A stretch of DNA of 64,000 nt from Bacillota bacterium (GCA_050261335.1 JBLNDE010000038.1:6102-70101), one strand, 5' to 3'. Positions 9,154 through 18,418 are shown, counted from the first letter of the stretch. Numbers and translations are program-made. The notes: generated by a model from the sequence alone, not told the origin.

Positions 9154-10614
9154 TCACCAGGGCCGGCAGCCGCCCTCAGGTCCGGGGGCCCCGCATCTTT
9201 GTGCCACTTCGTCGAGGTACACGCGCAGGCGGGCCGCCATCTCGCCTACACTGTCGCCCCCGAACTTGGCCAGGAAGGCGTCGGCCAGCACAAGGGCCAC
9301 CATGGCCTCGGCCACCACGGCGCAGGCCGGGACTGCGCAGGTGTCGGTACGTTCATAGTGGGCGACACCTTCACGCCCGGTGCCCAGCTCAACTGAGCGT
9401 AGCGGCGCTCTCATCGTGTTTATCGGCTTCATCACCGCGTTGAGCCATAGCGGCATCCCGTTCGTCATCCCGCCTTCGAGGCCGCCCCCGTGGTTCGAAA
9501 GCCGTCGAATTCCTCTTACGCTGCTTACGCTGCCGCTGCGGCCGGCCTCGACCATGGTCCCGGGCCAGGCACTGACACTTCCAGAGCCGTGCACACCGGC
9601 AACGGCGCGGGAATTACCAGCATCGGCATGAGCGTCAGGCACGGCGCCGGCACGGGCATCGGGACCTGCACCCACCGTGGGTTCCAGGGAGCCCGTGCCG
9701 GACCATGCAGCCACCATTTCGTCTGCAGCTGCACCTCCCATGAGTTCAGCCAGACGGAATCCGTCGCCGAGTTCCATGCCCCTGACCCCCGGAATGCTCA
9801 TGACCGCCTGGGCGAGCCTGCCGTCGAGCCGCAGGTCCCACTGGGTATAGGTGCCGAGGCCCGGCGGAAGCCCCCACGCGATGACCTGGAACACCCCGCC
9901 GACGCTTTGTCCCAGGGACGCCGCATCGTCGATGCGCCGCATCATCCTTGCAGCCGCCTCGCCATCCGCACACCGCACCGGGGACGACTCCACGGCTTCG
10001 AGGAGGCCGGGGTCAGGCGGTCCCACCAGGAGGGACTCCCGGAGCGGGGCCCACTCTCCCCCGATGCAGAGGACGTGTGAAGCAACGGTGACACCGAACT
10101 GTGCAAGGAGGCGTTTCACGACGGCGCCAGCCGCCACCCTGGCAGCGGTCTCCCGCGCACTCGCCCGTTCGAGCACATCCCTCATGTCGTCGTGCCCGAA
10201 CTTGAGTGCTCCCGCGAGGTCCGCATGCCCAGGCCTCGGCATGATCACGGGTTCCCGGTGTGCCGTGCCGACCGCGTGCTGTGCGGGCGAACCCTCCCCT
10301 GTCGCGTCGCGGACCTCCCCTGCCAGGCTAGCCCATGGGCTCATGACATCCGCCCAGTTGGGGTAGTCCAGATTGGGGACCTCCATCACGATGGGCGAAC
10401 CCAGGGTTAGCCCGTTCCTGAGGCCCGCCGTGACACGCGCGCGATCACGCTCGATTCTCATGCGCTGCCCGCGCCCGTAGCCGCTCTGTCGCCGGGCGAG
10501 ATCCCGGTCGATGTCCTCGGGCTCAAGGCGGAGGCCTGCGGGGACACCGTCCAGCACCACGGTGAGAGCGGGGCCGTGCGACTCACCGGCAGTGAGAAAC
10601 CTCAGCGAACTCAA
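9154..10614 (-). CDS. aroC: Chorismate synthase, with low-complexity insertions
   Basis: TAGESHG, RPGHADL, ERASARETAARVAAG, GGLEGGMTNG, YERTD. Confidence 0.94.
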   Translation of the reverse strand: MSSLRFLTAGESHGPALTVVLDGVPAGLRLEPEDIDRDLARRQSGYGRGQRMRIERDRARVTAGLRNGLTLGSPIVMEVPNLDYPNWADVMSPWASLAGEVRDATGEGSPAQHAVGTAHREPVIMPRPGHADLAGALKFGHDDMRDVLERASARETAARVAAGAVVKRLLAQFGVTVASHVLCIGGEWAPLRESLLVGPPDPGLLEAVESSPVRCADGEAAARMMRRIDDAASLGQSVGGVFQVIAWGLPPGLGTYTQWDLRLDGRLAQAVMSIPGVRGMELGDGFRLAELMGGAAADEMVAAWSGTGSLEPTVGAGPDARAGAVPDAHADAGNSRAVAGVHGSGSVSAWPGTMVEAGRSGSVSSVRGIRRLSNHGGGLEGGMTNGMPLWLNAVMKPINTMRAPLRSVELGTGREGVAHYERTDTCAVPACAVVAEAMVALVLADAFLAKFGGDSVGEMAARLRVYLDEVAQRCGAPGPEGGCRPW

Positions 10615-11531
10615 TGATATTCACCTCCGGACGCCTCGTCTCGTGCCGCCGCGGACCGAAGCGCCGCCTCCATTACGCTGACAGGCGCGGCCCTCCCGGT
10701 CCATGCCTCGAAAGCCGGCACAGCCTGGTACAACAGGATTTCCAGCCCGGACACGACAGGAAGGCCCAGTGACTGTCCCTGCCGCACCAATCCGGTCACG
10801 ACAGGCCGGTAAACCATATCACAGAAGACGCAGTTCCGCCGTGGGCGGAGGTCAACGAGCACCGCGTCAGGAATGGGGCTTACTCCGGGATCGCGCGTCA
10901 CGGGCGTCGCGTTGACCACGATGCCTGCCCCGTCGATGGCGTCCCGAAGGATGCGGGCGTCGTCGTCGCTGCCAAACCATGAATGAGGCGTGGCGCGAAG
11001 TCGTCCGGCGCTCGAGACGAGCGCCACGTCCACCAGGCGCACGGCCCGGTCGAGGCTACGGTTGAACACCACGAGTTCGCCCACTCCGGCCTGGGCGAGC
11101 GCGGCGGCGGCACCCCTCGCCGCCCCTCCGGCCCCGAATAGCACCGCCTTGCGGCCCACGGGTCCTGCTCCTTTCGCCGCGAGGGCGCGGACGAGGCCCC
11201 ATCCGTCGGTGTTATCACCGACGAGGGCGCCGTCCTTCTTCACAATGGTGTTCACGGCCCCGGCTGCGCGGGCCCTCGGGGTCAGGCCGTCCACAAGAGC
11301 CAGGGCGGCTTCCTTGTGGGGTATCGTGACGTTTGCGCCGACGATGGATGGCGACCTGAGCAGGGCGTGCGCCGCCTCCAGACGGCCTGGCGGGATGTCG
11401 CGGGGCAGGTAGCGCCAGTCAAGCCCGACGGCCCGAAAGCCGGCCTCGTGCATGACGGGGGAAAGGCTGGACCGCACGGGCCAGCCCAGAAGGACTACAA
11501 CTCTCGCCTTCGTTCCTTCTGCTTCACTCAA
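10611..11531 (-). CDS. aroE: Shikimate dehydrogenase
   Basis: SLSPVMH, GANVTIPHK, GAVNT, NTDG, GAGGAARG, DMVY; TTG start after AAAGGGG RBS is inferred. Confidence 0.92.
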   Translation of the reverse strand: MSEAEGTKARVVVLLGWPVRSSLSPVMHEAGFRAVGLDWRYLPRDIPPGRLEAAHALLRSPSIVGANVTIPHKEAALALVDGLTPRARAAGAVNTIVKKDGALVGDNTDGWGLVRALAAKGAGPVGRKAVLFGAGGAARGAAAALAQAGVGELVVFNRSLDRAVRLVDVALVSSAGRLRATPHSWFGSDDDARILRDAIDGAGIVVNATPVTRDPGVSPIPDAVLVDLRPRRNCVFCDMVYRPVVTGLVRQGQSLGLPVVSGLEILLYQAVPAFEAWTGRAAPVSVMEAALRSAAARDEASGGEYH

Positions 11532-13164
11532 GAGAACCAGACCCCCTTTGTGAGGTCTCCGGACTTCCGGCGCCGAGGGATCGCAGGGCGGCGAGGAAGC
11601 CGGGGTACGAGACTGAGACAGCCTCCCAGCCCTCGACAACCGTCGTCCCGCTTGCCATGAGGCCCGCCACGGCAAGCGTCATCGCCATGCGATGGTCGCC
11701 GCGCGCCGACACCCGCGCTCCGTGAAGACGCGAAGGCCGCACGCGAAGCGAGTCTCCGTCCTCAGTGATGCGTGCCCCCATCTTCGAGAGTTCCTCGACC
11801 ACGGCGGTGACCCTGTCGGTCTCCTTGACCCTCAGCTCGTTGATACCGTGGATCGACGAAGGAGTGCTCGCTGCGCAGGCCAGCACAGCCAAAACGGGGA
11901 CCTCGTCGATCATGCTCGGAACAGCGCCGGGCGGGACATCTACTCCGATAAGGCCCCTGTGCTCGACCCGGATGTCCGCGACAGGCTCGGGCCCATCGCA
12001 GCGCACCGGCTCAACCCTAACGGCCGCGCCCATGTGGGCCAGGACGCGAATGAACCCGAGGCGGGTGGGGTTCGCGCAGACTCGGACTGCAGTGACGCTC
12101 GATCCAGGTAGCGCCGCGGCCGCCGCGAGGAGGAATGCCGCAGATGAGGGGTCGCCTGGAATGGTCAGCCTGAACGGTCCAGGACCGTGTCCGCCGCGGA
12201 TGGAGACCTCTCGAGTGTTACCGCTGGCCGGCCGCTCCTCCACGGGGACGCCTGCGAACCGCAGGAGCCGCTCGGTGTGGTCGCGCGACGCGGCGGGTTC
12301 GACCACGGTGGTCTCGCCGTCCGCGTAAAGGCCTGCGAGCAAGAGGCACGACTTCACCTGGGCGCTCGCGACGGGCAGGACGTGCCTCAGCGGGAGCAGG
12401 CCTCCGCCGCCCGCGCCGCCTGCGCCGCGGATCACCAGAGGAGCCAGGGCGCCACCCGCCCGTCCGTCAACCATCGCGCCCATGGCCCGAAGGGGCGCTA
12501 CCACCCTCCCCATGGGCCGTCGCCTCAGAGACTCGTCCCCCGTCAACACGAACATGCCCTCCTGGCCCGCAAGGATACCTGTCAGAAGCCTCATGGTGGT
12601 GCCGGAGTTGCCCGCGTCGAGCACGTCCTCAGGCTCACCCAGGCCGCGCAGGCCGCGGCCCGAGATGATGAGTGACCCGCCGTCCTCGCATACGTTGACC
12701 CCCAGGGCGCGCAGGCACCTCAGTGTGGACGCGCAGTCCTGACCCAAGGGGTAACCACGGAGCGCCGACGCGCCTGCGCACAGACCGGCCAGCATAGCGG
12801 CGCGGTGGGCGATAGACTTGTCGCCGGGCGGCTCGAAAGCGCCACGGAGCAGGGCGCCGCCCTCCACACGAAGCTCCTGCGCTGACGCCGGCGCGCTGCC
12901 TTCCACGCCGGCGTCCTGTGCTGGCGCCAGCACGCCGCCTATCGTATGTGGCCCGGGGGGCGCTTGCGTTCCTCGGGGGGAGGCGGTGTCTGCCGCATCG
13001 TCTATATGATACGGCCCTGCCGGCATAGCCCCTTGCGCGTGCTCTCGCCGCGCGTACCCTTCCCGCACGCGGTCTTCCCATGTGCGCCCTTCCTGCGTGC
13101 ACCCCTGCGACGTGCGTTTTCCCCGGAGCGCGGCCGTCAGTGTATCGGGCTTGCCCACGCACAT
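11524..13164 (-). CDS. aroA: 3-phosphoshikimate 1-carboxyvinyltransferase (EPSP synthase); true start uncertain, possible N-terminal extension of about 95 aa
   Basis: PGDKSIAHR, GNSGTTMRL, ASAQVKS, ELRVKETDR, DHRMAM. Confidence 0.93.
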   Translation of the reverse strand: MCVGKPDTLTAALRGKRTSQGCTQEGRTWEDRVREGYARREHAQGAMPAGPYHIDDAADTASPRGTQAPPGPHTIGGVLAPAQDAGVEGSAPASAQELRVEGGALLRGAFEPPGDKSIAHRAAMLAGLCAGASALRGYPLGQDCASTLRCLRALGVNVCEDGGSLIISGRGLRGLGEPEDVLDAGNSGTTMRLLTGILAGQEGMFVLTGDESLRRRPMGRVVAPLRAMGAMVDGRAGGALAPLVIRGAGGAGGGGLLPLRHVLPVASAQVKSCLLLAGLYADGETTVVEPAASRDHTERLLRFAGVPVEERPASGNTREVSIRGGHGPGPFRLTIPGDPSSAAFLLAAAAALPGSSVTAVRVCANPTRLGFIRVLAHMGAAVRVEPVRCDGPEPVADIRVEHRGLIGVDVPPGAVPSMIDEVPVLAVLACAASTPSSIHGINELRVKETDRVTAVVEELSKMGARITEDGDSLRVRPSRLHGARVSARGDHRMAMTLAVAGLMASGTTVVEGWEAVSVSYPGFLAALRSLGAGSPETSQRGSGSLE

Positions 13165-14108
13165 GCGCCTCCTCTCCCGGCGGCTTCTTCAGTTTCTTGC
13201 GTCCCCATTCCGTCCACAGGCTTCCTCCGGTCAAGCCAGGCCTGCCGGCTTGTCCGGGCCTGCAGGAGGAACTCCCGGACTGCGCCGGCTCCTGCCGGGT
13301 TCGGGTTGATCTGGGTTGCGGCGATCAGCCGGCGGACCTCGTTGATCTCATGCTGGAACTCGTCCAGCGCCTCAAGGATCTGCCCCGCGTTTGCCAGGAG
13401 CATGCCGGCGCCCATCTCCGGGCCGCCGGATGCGACGCGCGTTGTGTCCCGGAACCCGCCGGCCGCGAGGTCCCAGATGGACGGGTGGGCTACGGAGCGC
13501 TTCCCCACCACCTGGGCCAGGCACGCTGCCACGATGAGCGGAAGGTGGCTCGTGGCGGCTACCGTCGCGTCGTGCTCGTCAGGGCCCATGACCTGCGGGA
13601 CGGCCTTCGTCGCCTCGCAAGCCTCCATGACAGCCTTGACGTCGGCGTCATCCGCCCACTCAGCCGGAGTGAGTATGTAACGGCACTCTCTCAGCAGGCC
13701 GGCTGAGGCGTGCTCGATGCCGCTTTGCTCGGTTCCGGCCATGGGGTGGCCGCCGACGAACGGGACATCCGGGGCGAGGTGCGCACGCGCAAGCGCAAGG
13801 ACGTATCCCTTTGCGCTTCCGACGTCCGTCACGACCGGCCGACGGCCGCCGTGGGCGACTTTGAGGGAGCGGCCGAGCCCGGCAAACACAGACGGCATTG
13901 CGAGAAGCGGGGTCGCCACCACCACGAGGTCAGACCCCACGGCCTCATCGAGCGACCTCGCAGCGCGGTCCAGCGCCCCGAGCGCAACGGCCCGGGCGAG
14001 AGAGCGCTCGTCGATGTCGAACCCGTCCACAACGTAGCGCCCCGAGGCGCGAAGAGCCATTCCGAGGGATCCTCCAATTAGCCCGACGCCCACCACAAAC
14101 GCCCTCAT
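13137..14108 (-). CDS. tyrA: Prephenate dehydrogenase
   Basis: GVGLIGGS, TDVGSAK, GGHPMAGTE, HDATVAATSHLP, GGFRDTTRVAS. Confidence 0.92.
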   Translation of the reverse strand: MRAFVVGVGLIGGSLGMALRASGRYVVDGFDIDERSLARAVALGALDRAARSLDEAVGSDLVVVATPLLAMPSVFAGLGRSLKVAHGGRRPVVTDVGSAKGYVLALARAHLAPDVPFVGGHPMAGTEQSGIEHASAGLLRECRYILTPAEWADDADVKAVMEACEATKAVPQVMGPDEHDATVAATSHLPLIVAACLAQVVGKRSVAHPSIWDLAAGGFRDTTRVASGGPEMGAGMLLANAGQILEALDEFQHEINEVRRLIAATQINPNPAGAGAVREFLLQARTSRQAWLDRRKPVDGMGTQETEEAAGRGGACAWASPIH

Positions 14109-15193
14109 TTCCGCTCCCCCTCCCGCTCACTCTCCACGCCCCGCTCTAGCTCTGGCTCTCGCCTTTGCCGGAGCGGCGCGGCGATCCTCCGCCCGACCGC
14201 CCTCGCCACCGGCTCCAGTCGGCGCATCATGTCCGCGAACTCCTCGGGCCGCAGCGACTGCGCGCCGTCAGACAGGGCCGAGGGGGGGTCGTCGTGCACC
14301 TCGACCATGAGCCCGTCCGCGCCGCAAGCTACAGCCGCGAGCGCCATCGGGACGACCATGTCCGCGCGCCCCGTGGCGTGGCTCGGGTCCACGAGGACCG
14401 GGAGGTGGCTCAGTTTCTTCACCACGGCCACGGCCGACAGGTCAAGCGTGTTCCGGGTGGATGTCTCGAAGGTCCTTATGCCCCGCTCGCACAGGATCAC
14501 GTTGTTGTTCCCTGCGGACAGGACGTATTCGGCCGCCATGAGCCACTCCTCGACCGATGACATCATGCCCCTTTTCAGGATCACGGGTTTCACCTGACGG
14601 CCGACCTCGTGAAGGAGGGCGTAGTTGTGCATATTCCTCGATCCTATCTGGAGGGCGTCCGCGTACGCGCCGACCAGCTCGACGTCTTGTGGCGACACGA
14701 CCTCGGTGACGACGGGCAAGCCGGTCAGCTCGCGCGCCTTCGCGAGGATGTGAAGGCCGGGCTCGCCAAGCCCCTGGAAGGAGTACGGGGACGTGCGCGG
14801 CTTGAACGCCCCGCCCCGGAGGACGGCGGCTCCCGCGCCAGCGACGAGGGACGCGATGCGCATCATGGATTCCTCATTTTCAACGGCGCAAGGGCCTGCG
14901 ATCACGGGGACCTCATTGCCGCCGATGAGGACTCCTCCGAGAGGGATGGCGCTGAGGCTGGGTATAAACTCCCTGCTTGCAAGCTTGAAAGGCTGCACGA
15001 TGCGCACCACGCGCTCCACGCCGGGCAGGAACGCGATGGTGTCTGCGTCGAGCCGACGGACGTCGCCGATGAGACCCACGATCGTGCGCTCCTCGCCCCT
15101 TGATAGGTGGACGTTGAGGTGGGCGTTTTCGGCCACGCGTATGACCGCCTGGATTTCATCTTCTGTCGCGCTCTGTCCCATGACGACTATCAT
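14105..15193 (-). CDS. aroF: DAHP synthase type I-beta with N-terminal ferredoxin-like regulatory domain
   Basis: IAGPCAVE, GGAFKPRTSPYSFQG, LCERGIRTFE, DPSHATG; GGAGG RBS before ATG 15193. Confidence 0.95.
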   Translation of the reverse strand: MIVVMGQSATEDEIQAVIRVAENAHLNVHLSRGEERTIVGLIGDVRRLDADTIAFLPGVERVVRIVQPFKLASREFIPSLSAIPLGGVLIGGNEVPVIAGPCAVENEESMMRIASLVAGAGAAVLRGGAFKPRTSPYSFQGLGEPGLHILAKARELTGLPVVTEVVSPQDVELVGAYADALQIGSRNMHNYALLHEVGRQVKPVILKRGMMSSVEEWLMAAEYVLSAGNNNVILCERGIRTFETSTRNTLDLSAVAVVKKLSHLPVLVDPSHATGRADMVVPMALAAVACGADGLMVEVHDDPPSALSDGAQSLRPEEFADMMRRLEPVARAVGRRIAAPLRQRREPELERGVESEREGERK

Positions 15194-15242
15194 GTGTTTG
15201 TCCTCCCGGAGACTCGAGTTAAGTGCGATTCCGAAAGACGGG

Positions 15243-15824
15243 TCACAGGTCATCCGCCTGCGCAGGCGTGAGGTCCGGGCGCAGGGCGGCGGCCTCACCG
15301 AGGTAAACGTGGACAGGACGGCGCAGCCCTGGATCAGCGCGGCCGGGGCCGGAGAGCGTCCGCTGGTGATGCCGGCGCCCGCGGGGCGCAGGAGGCGCGG
15401 CGCTAAGGCCGTGGCGGAGCGGCCGGTGGCGCCGCCAACACAGCGCGGTGGGAGCGGCGAACCCGCTGTCTCGCCCGCTGCACCCCTGTCGACACAGGGC
15501 GCACCAGCGGGCGGAACGGCCGCACTCGGGCCTGCGGCAGAGCAGAAGCACCCGTATGCAGGCTGGAAGCGCCCCTTCCACCGGCACCTCGAGTCCGCAC
15601 ATCATTGGTACCGAACTCCATCCCGCGGCCCTCGCGGCCGCGGCGGGAAAGGCGGCGTTGAGGTCCGCGGTTACGGTGAAGAACGCAAACACGACGCTCT
15701 CGAGCCCGAGGCGGTTCCGGCTCAAAATGGTGCCAAGCAGCTTGCCCGTGGCTTCGAACACGCCGTCCCTGCTGTTCGCGACCGGTGCGATGGCGCCGCG
15801 TATGGCGAAGATGTCGCTATTCAT
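15243..15824 (-). CDS. aroH: AroH-class chorismate mutase with an internal insertion of about 65 aa
   Basis: AIRGA, FTVTADLNAAFPA, EVPVEGALPACIRVLL, HVYLGEAAALRPDL. Confidence 0.85.
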   Translation of the reverse strand: MNSDIFAIRGAIAPVANSRDGVFEATGKLLGTILSRNRLGLESVVFAFFTVTADLNAAFPAAAARAAGWSSVPMMCGLEVPVEGALPACIRVLLLCRRPECGRSARWCALCRQGCSGRDSGFAAPTALCWRRHRPLRHGLSAAPPAPRGRRHHQRTLSGPGRADPGLRRPVHVYLGEAAALRPDLTPAQADDL

Positions 15825-15984
15825 AGTAAACCCCCATGCAAGCGCAGGAAGCTGGTGGAAGGTCGGGTTAGCATGAAGGGGCGACACGCTGACGAGCGAG
15901 CGAGCAAGCGAGCGAGCGGGGGAGCACCTTGGGGCGACGACCCACGGATTACGAAAGACCAAGACCCAAGGAGGGCGAGCGGCT

Positions 15985-16018
15985 AACACAAAAGGGCTAC
16001 CCCGTAAGGGGTAGCCCT
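15985..16018 (-). terminator. Intrinsic terminator (candidate attenuator) in the aro operon leader
   Basis: Minus strand AGGGCTACCCC-TTAC-GGGGTAGCCCT followed by TTTGTGTT, upstream of aroH. Confidence 0.75.
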
Positions 16019-16050
16019 CGCATCCGTCTCGCCCGAGCCCAGTCCTCAAT

Positions 16051-16133
16051 GTCCCCAGCGTTACGTCCCCAGTGTCATGTCCCCAATGTCACGTCCCTGG
16101 CGTCACCAGTCCACGGGATGTCCCGAGTGTCGC
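16051..16133. repeat. Four head-to-tail 14-bp repeats (GTCCCYRRYGTYAY) plus one detached copy
   Basis: gtccccagcgttac, gtccccagtgtcat, gtccccaatgtcac, gtccctggcgtcac at 16051-16106; gtcccgagtgtcgc at 16120. Confidence 0.75.
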
Positions 16134-16289
16134 TGGTTCCGCGGTGCGCGGCAACCTCTCCGGTTCGTTCGCGACCCCGCCCGGACGGGCCCCGAAGGTT
16201 CTGGCCCTGGAGAGCTGCTGCCACGCGGAGCGGGGCACATGACCGCGACGTGTGCGCCACTGGAGGCGCGTTACATGCGATGATCTCCC

Positions 16290-16361
16290 CTACCGTCCTA
16301 CCGTCCTGCTGAAGTAGTATGTAGTTGTCACGCTGTCACTGCCGTCCGGGGCAGGCACCAT
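16290..16361 (-). CDS. Putative aro operon leader peptide MVPAPDGSDSVTTTYYFSRTVGR (alternative GTG start at 16331)
   Basis: Short ORF with consecutive TAC-TAC-TTC (Tyr-Tyr-Phe), between a promoter and a terminator upstream of aroH. Confidence 0.6.
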   Translation of the reverse strand: MVPAPDGSDSVTTTYYFSRTVGR

Positions 16362-16413
16362 GGGCTCTTGCGCGCCCGAGACTACCGTCCTGCTTGCCTG
16401 CCTGTTATCAGGA

Positions 16414-16442
16414 AGTATAGCATCTCCTGCGCGGTTACGCAA
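16414..16442 (-). promoter_or_regulatory. Sigma-A-type promoter of the aro operon
   Basis: TTGCGT-N17-TATACT with an extended -10 TGn on the minus strand. Confidence 0.65.
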
Positions 16443-16819
16443 GTCGCGGGGTCGCCATTACGAGTACTTTCTCCCGTGACGACACGATTCCCCGCTCGAG
16501 TGCTTTTCTACGCGGGGCAACGGGAACCTGTTGAGGCGCAGATGTTGGGGCGCAAGGGGCTTGGTTATCCCCACCGCAAGAGCGGCAATCCAGTTACTAC
16601 CAACGACGGCTATCCCGGGAAGCCCTTGTCATCCGTGACTCGTGTGGTCGAGTCCGCTGGTGTCTGTGGCACGTGAGCAGAGCGAAACGCGTCCGCCGAA
16701 GAAGTATCCGGCGCGGTCGCTGGTTCTGCCGTCGGTGTGTCTGGCACGTGGGCCGACGCCGATCGAGATGCGTCCGAGCCGTGCGACGGTTACGCCGCAA
16801 TGGATCGCGGGAGGCAGGG

Positions 16820-17140
16820 ATGGCTTCGGGCGGCTGCCGCGGAAGGATCCTGTCTGGCCGTGTCGAATCCAGAAGCGTCGCACCCGTTCCAGTCCCGGCC
16901 CGTCCCGGCGAAGCCGAGCCAGTCTCAGCTGGCTCCGGGGGCCACGAGGCTCAGCATGCCGGCAAGGCACCCGCTCCCACCATGAGCGACGAGCGTCTCA
17001 GGGTGATCTGGCAGCGGTGGGTCGCCAAGGCAAGCGATGTGATGGAGAGAAGCGCCATGATCCGTAACCTGCTTCTGTCGGACCTCGAACGCCTGTTCAA
17101 GGAAACGAAGAAGGATGTCCAGGAGACAAGAGCACCTTAG
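16820..17140 (+). CDS. Hypothetical protein with low-complexity N-terminus and helical C-terminus
   Basis: GGGAGG RBS before ATG 16820; overlaps the next gene. Confidence 0.4.
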   Translation: MASGGCRGRILSGRVESRSVAPVPVPARPGEAEPVSAGSGGHEAQHAGKAPAPTMSDERLRVIWQRWVAKASDVMERSAMIRNLLLSDLERLFKETKKDVQETRAP

Positions 17141-17411
17141 GGCAGCTGCCGTCCTGCTGGGGCACGCAGACCTACTCGTTCATAAGCTGACGGACCAGCC
17201 AATAGCAAGGCTCGGGCCGCGGCACAGGTACGTCACACATAACGTGGAGTACCTGCGCGCCATCCGTCAGCTGTTCGGCGGCGAGGCCGCGCTTGAGGCT
17301 ACCCTCCATCTCCTTCAGGACTGGGGGGTCATAAGCGAAGAGGATTACGCGTTTGGCGTGGCGAGGCGCGCTCCTCGAGGTGTTCTGCCTCGTGCCGGCA
17401 GGAGAGCATGA
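17115..17411 (+). CDS. Small His/Asp-rich protein with a DUF6915-like pattern, possible metal-binding hydrolase
   Basis: EH...VHKLTD...RHRYVTH...LFG...HLLQDW; ATGA overlap with the downstream gene. Confidence 0.55.
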   Translation: MSRRQEHLRAAAVLLGHADLLVHKLTDQPIARLGPRHRYVTHNVEYLRAIRQLFGGEAALEATLHLLQDWGVISEEDYAFGVARRAPRGVLPRAGRRA

Positions 17412-18418
17412 CGAGCAGAGCACGACGAGCGGGGTACGACGAGCGGAGGTGGGGTGAGATGGTGGGTTCCAGCGAACCGAGGCCGCGGGTGCTCGAGTAT
17501 GTGGAGCTGAGGCTACCTGATCTTCAGGCGCTCGACCGAGCTACGACGGTGTTCCTCATGAGCGCTAGCCCCGTCGAGGTCCACGGGCCGCACCTCCCTG
17601 TGGGCACGGACGTGTTCATCTCCGAGGAACTCCTCCGCCGCTACGTGGCTGCGCTTGCCAGCCGCCACCCTGAGCTGACCCTCGTGAAGCTGCCGCCGCT
17701 CCACTGCGGGTCCGACGCGCTGCCGGTGCCTGGCTCCCTCTCGGTGCCGGCGCCGCACCTGGAGGGCGTGCTCGTGGCGTATGGGCGCGGCCTTGCGAAG
17801 CAAGGGTTCCGCTACCTCTTCGTGGCGGACAACCACGGCGGCCCGCGCCACCAGATGGCCGTCGAGGCCGCGGCCCGCACGCTCTGGCGCAGGCACAGGT
17901 TCTATCTCATAGACCCGTTCGGCGTGGACTACCGGCTCATGGTGCAGCACGACCCGGGTTTCCTTCGGCGCACCGGCCTCAGGCCGGGGACGTGCGGGGA
18001 CGATGCCGACAACCACGCGGGCACCAACGAGACCTCGCTCATGCTCGCATGCGACCCGGCGCGCGTGTCAACGGACTTTGGCGAAGTCCCGCCGTCTCAT
18101 TTGCCGCAGCGGCGCACGGGAGCGGCGGCGCTGGTGGCCGGGCTTGGCCGGCTTGTGCGTGCGCTCGGCGGGCGCGTCATCGGCCGCGACATCGAGCACC
18201 TCGCGAATACCCTTGCCTGGGTTGGGAATCCCGCGATGAAGCCCTACATGGGCGATCCTGGCAGGGCAAGTGCGGAGGCGGGCGAGGCCATGCTGGCCGC
18301 CCGCGTCGCAATCGGCGTGGACCTTTTCGAACGTGCCCTCGCGAGCGCTGGACGTGCGCCTGTGCACATCACGCCCATGCTCTGGGCCGTGCGCTTCCTG
18401 CGCCGCCTGCCGGAATAG
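17408..18418 (+). CDS. Creatininase family amidohydrolase
   Basis: EVHGPHLPVGTD, NHGG, HAGTNETS motifs; start may be 17459. Confidence 0.88.
   Translation: MTSRARRAGYDERRWGEMVGSSEPRPRVLEYVELRLPDLQALDRATTVFLMSASPVEVHGPHLPVGTDVFISEELLRRYVAALASRHPELTLVKLPPLHCGSDALPVPGSLSVPAPHLEGVLVAYGRGLAKQGFRYLFVADNHGGPRHQMAVEAAARTLWRRHRFYLIDPFGVDYRLMVQHDPGFLRRTGLRPGTCGDDADNHAGTNETSLMLACDPARVSTDFGEVPPSHLPQRRTGAAALVAGLGRLVRALGGRVIGRDIEHLANTLAWVGNPAMKPYMGDPGRASAEAGEAMLAARVAIGVDLFERALASAGRAPVHITPMLWAVRFLRRLPE

Noticed and set aside
6862-9358. Long plus-strand ORFs (510 aa and 631 aa) and many similar antisense ORFs elsewhere
   Set aside because: Shadow frames of well-supported genes, expected in high-GC DNA
15893-15917. 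(CGAG)n run in the aro leader as a TRAP binding site
   Set aside because: The GAG triplets are on the non-transcribed strand for aro and have 4-nt rather than 5-nt spacing
16020-16290. T-box riboswitch in the aro leader
   Set aside because: No GGTGGNACC T-box consensus found by eye on the minus strand; an Infernal scan would be needed to exclude it fully
16542-16985. In-frame TGA at 16674 (GVCGT* versus GVSGTW repeat) as selenocysteine or read-through
   Set aside because: Both flanking frames are low complexity with no redox motif or evident SECIS; most likely a non-coding duplication
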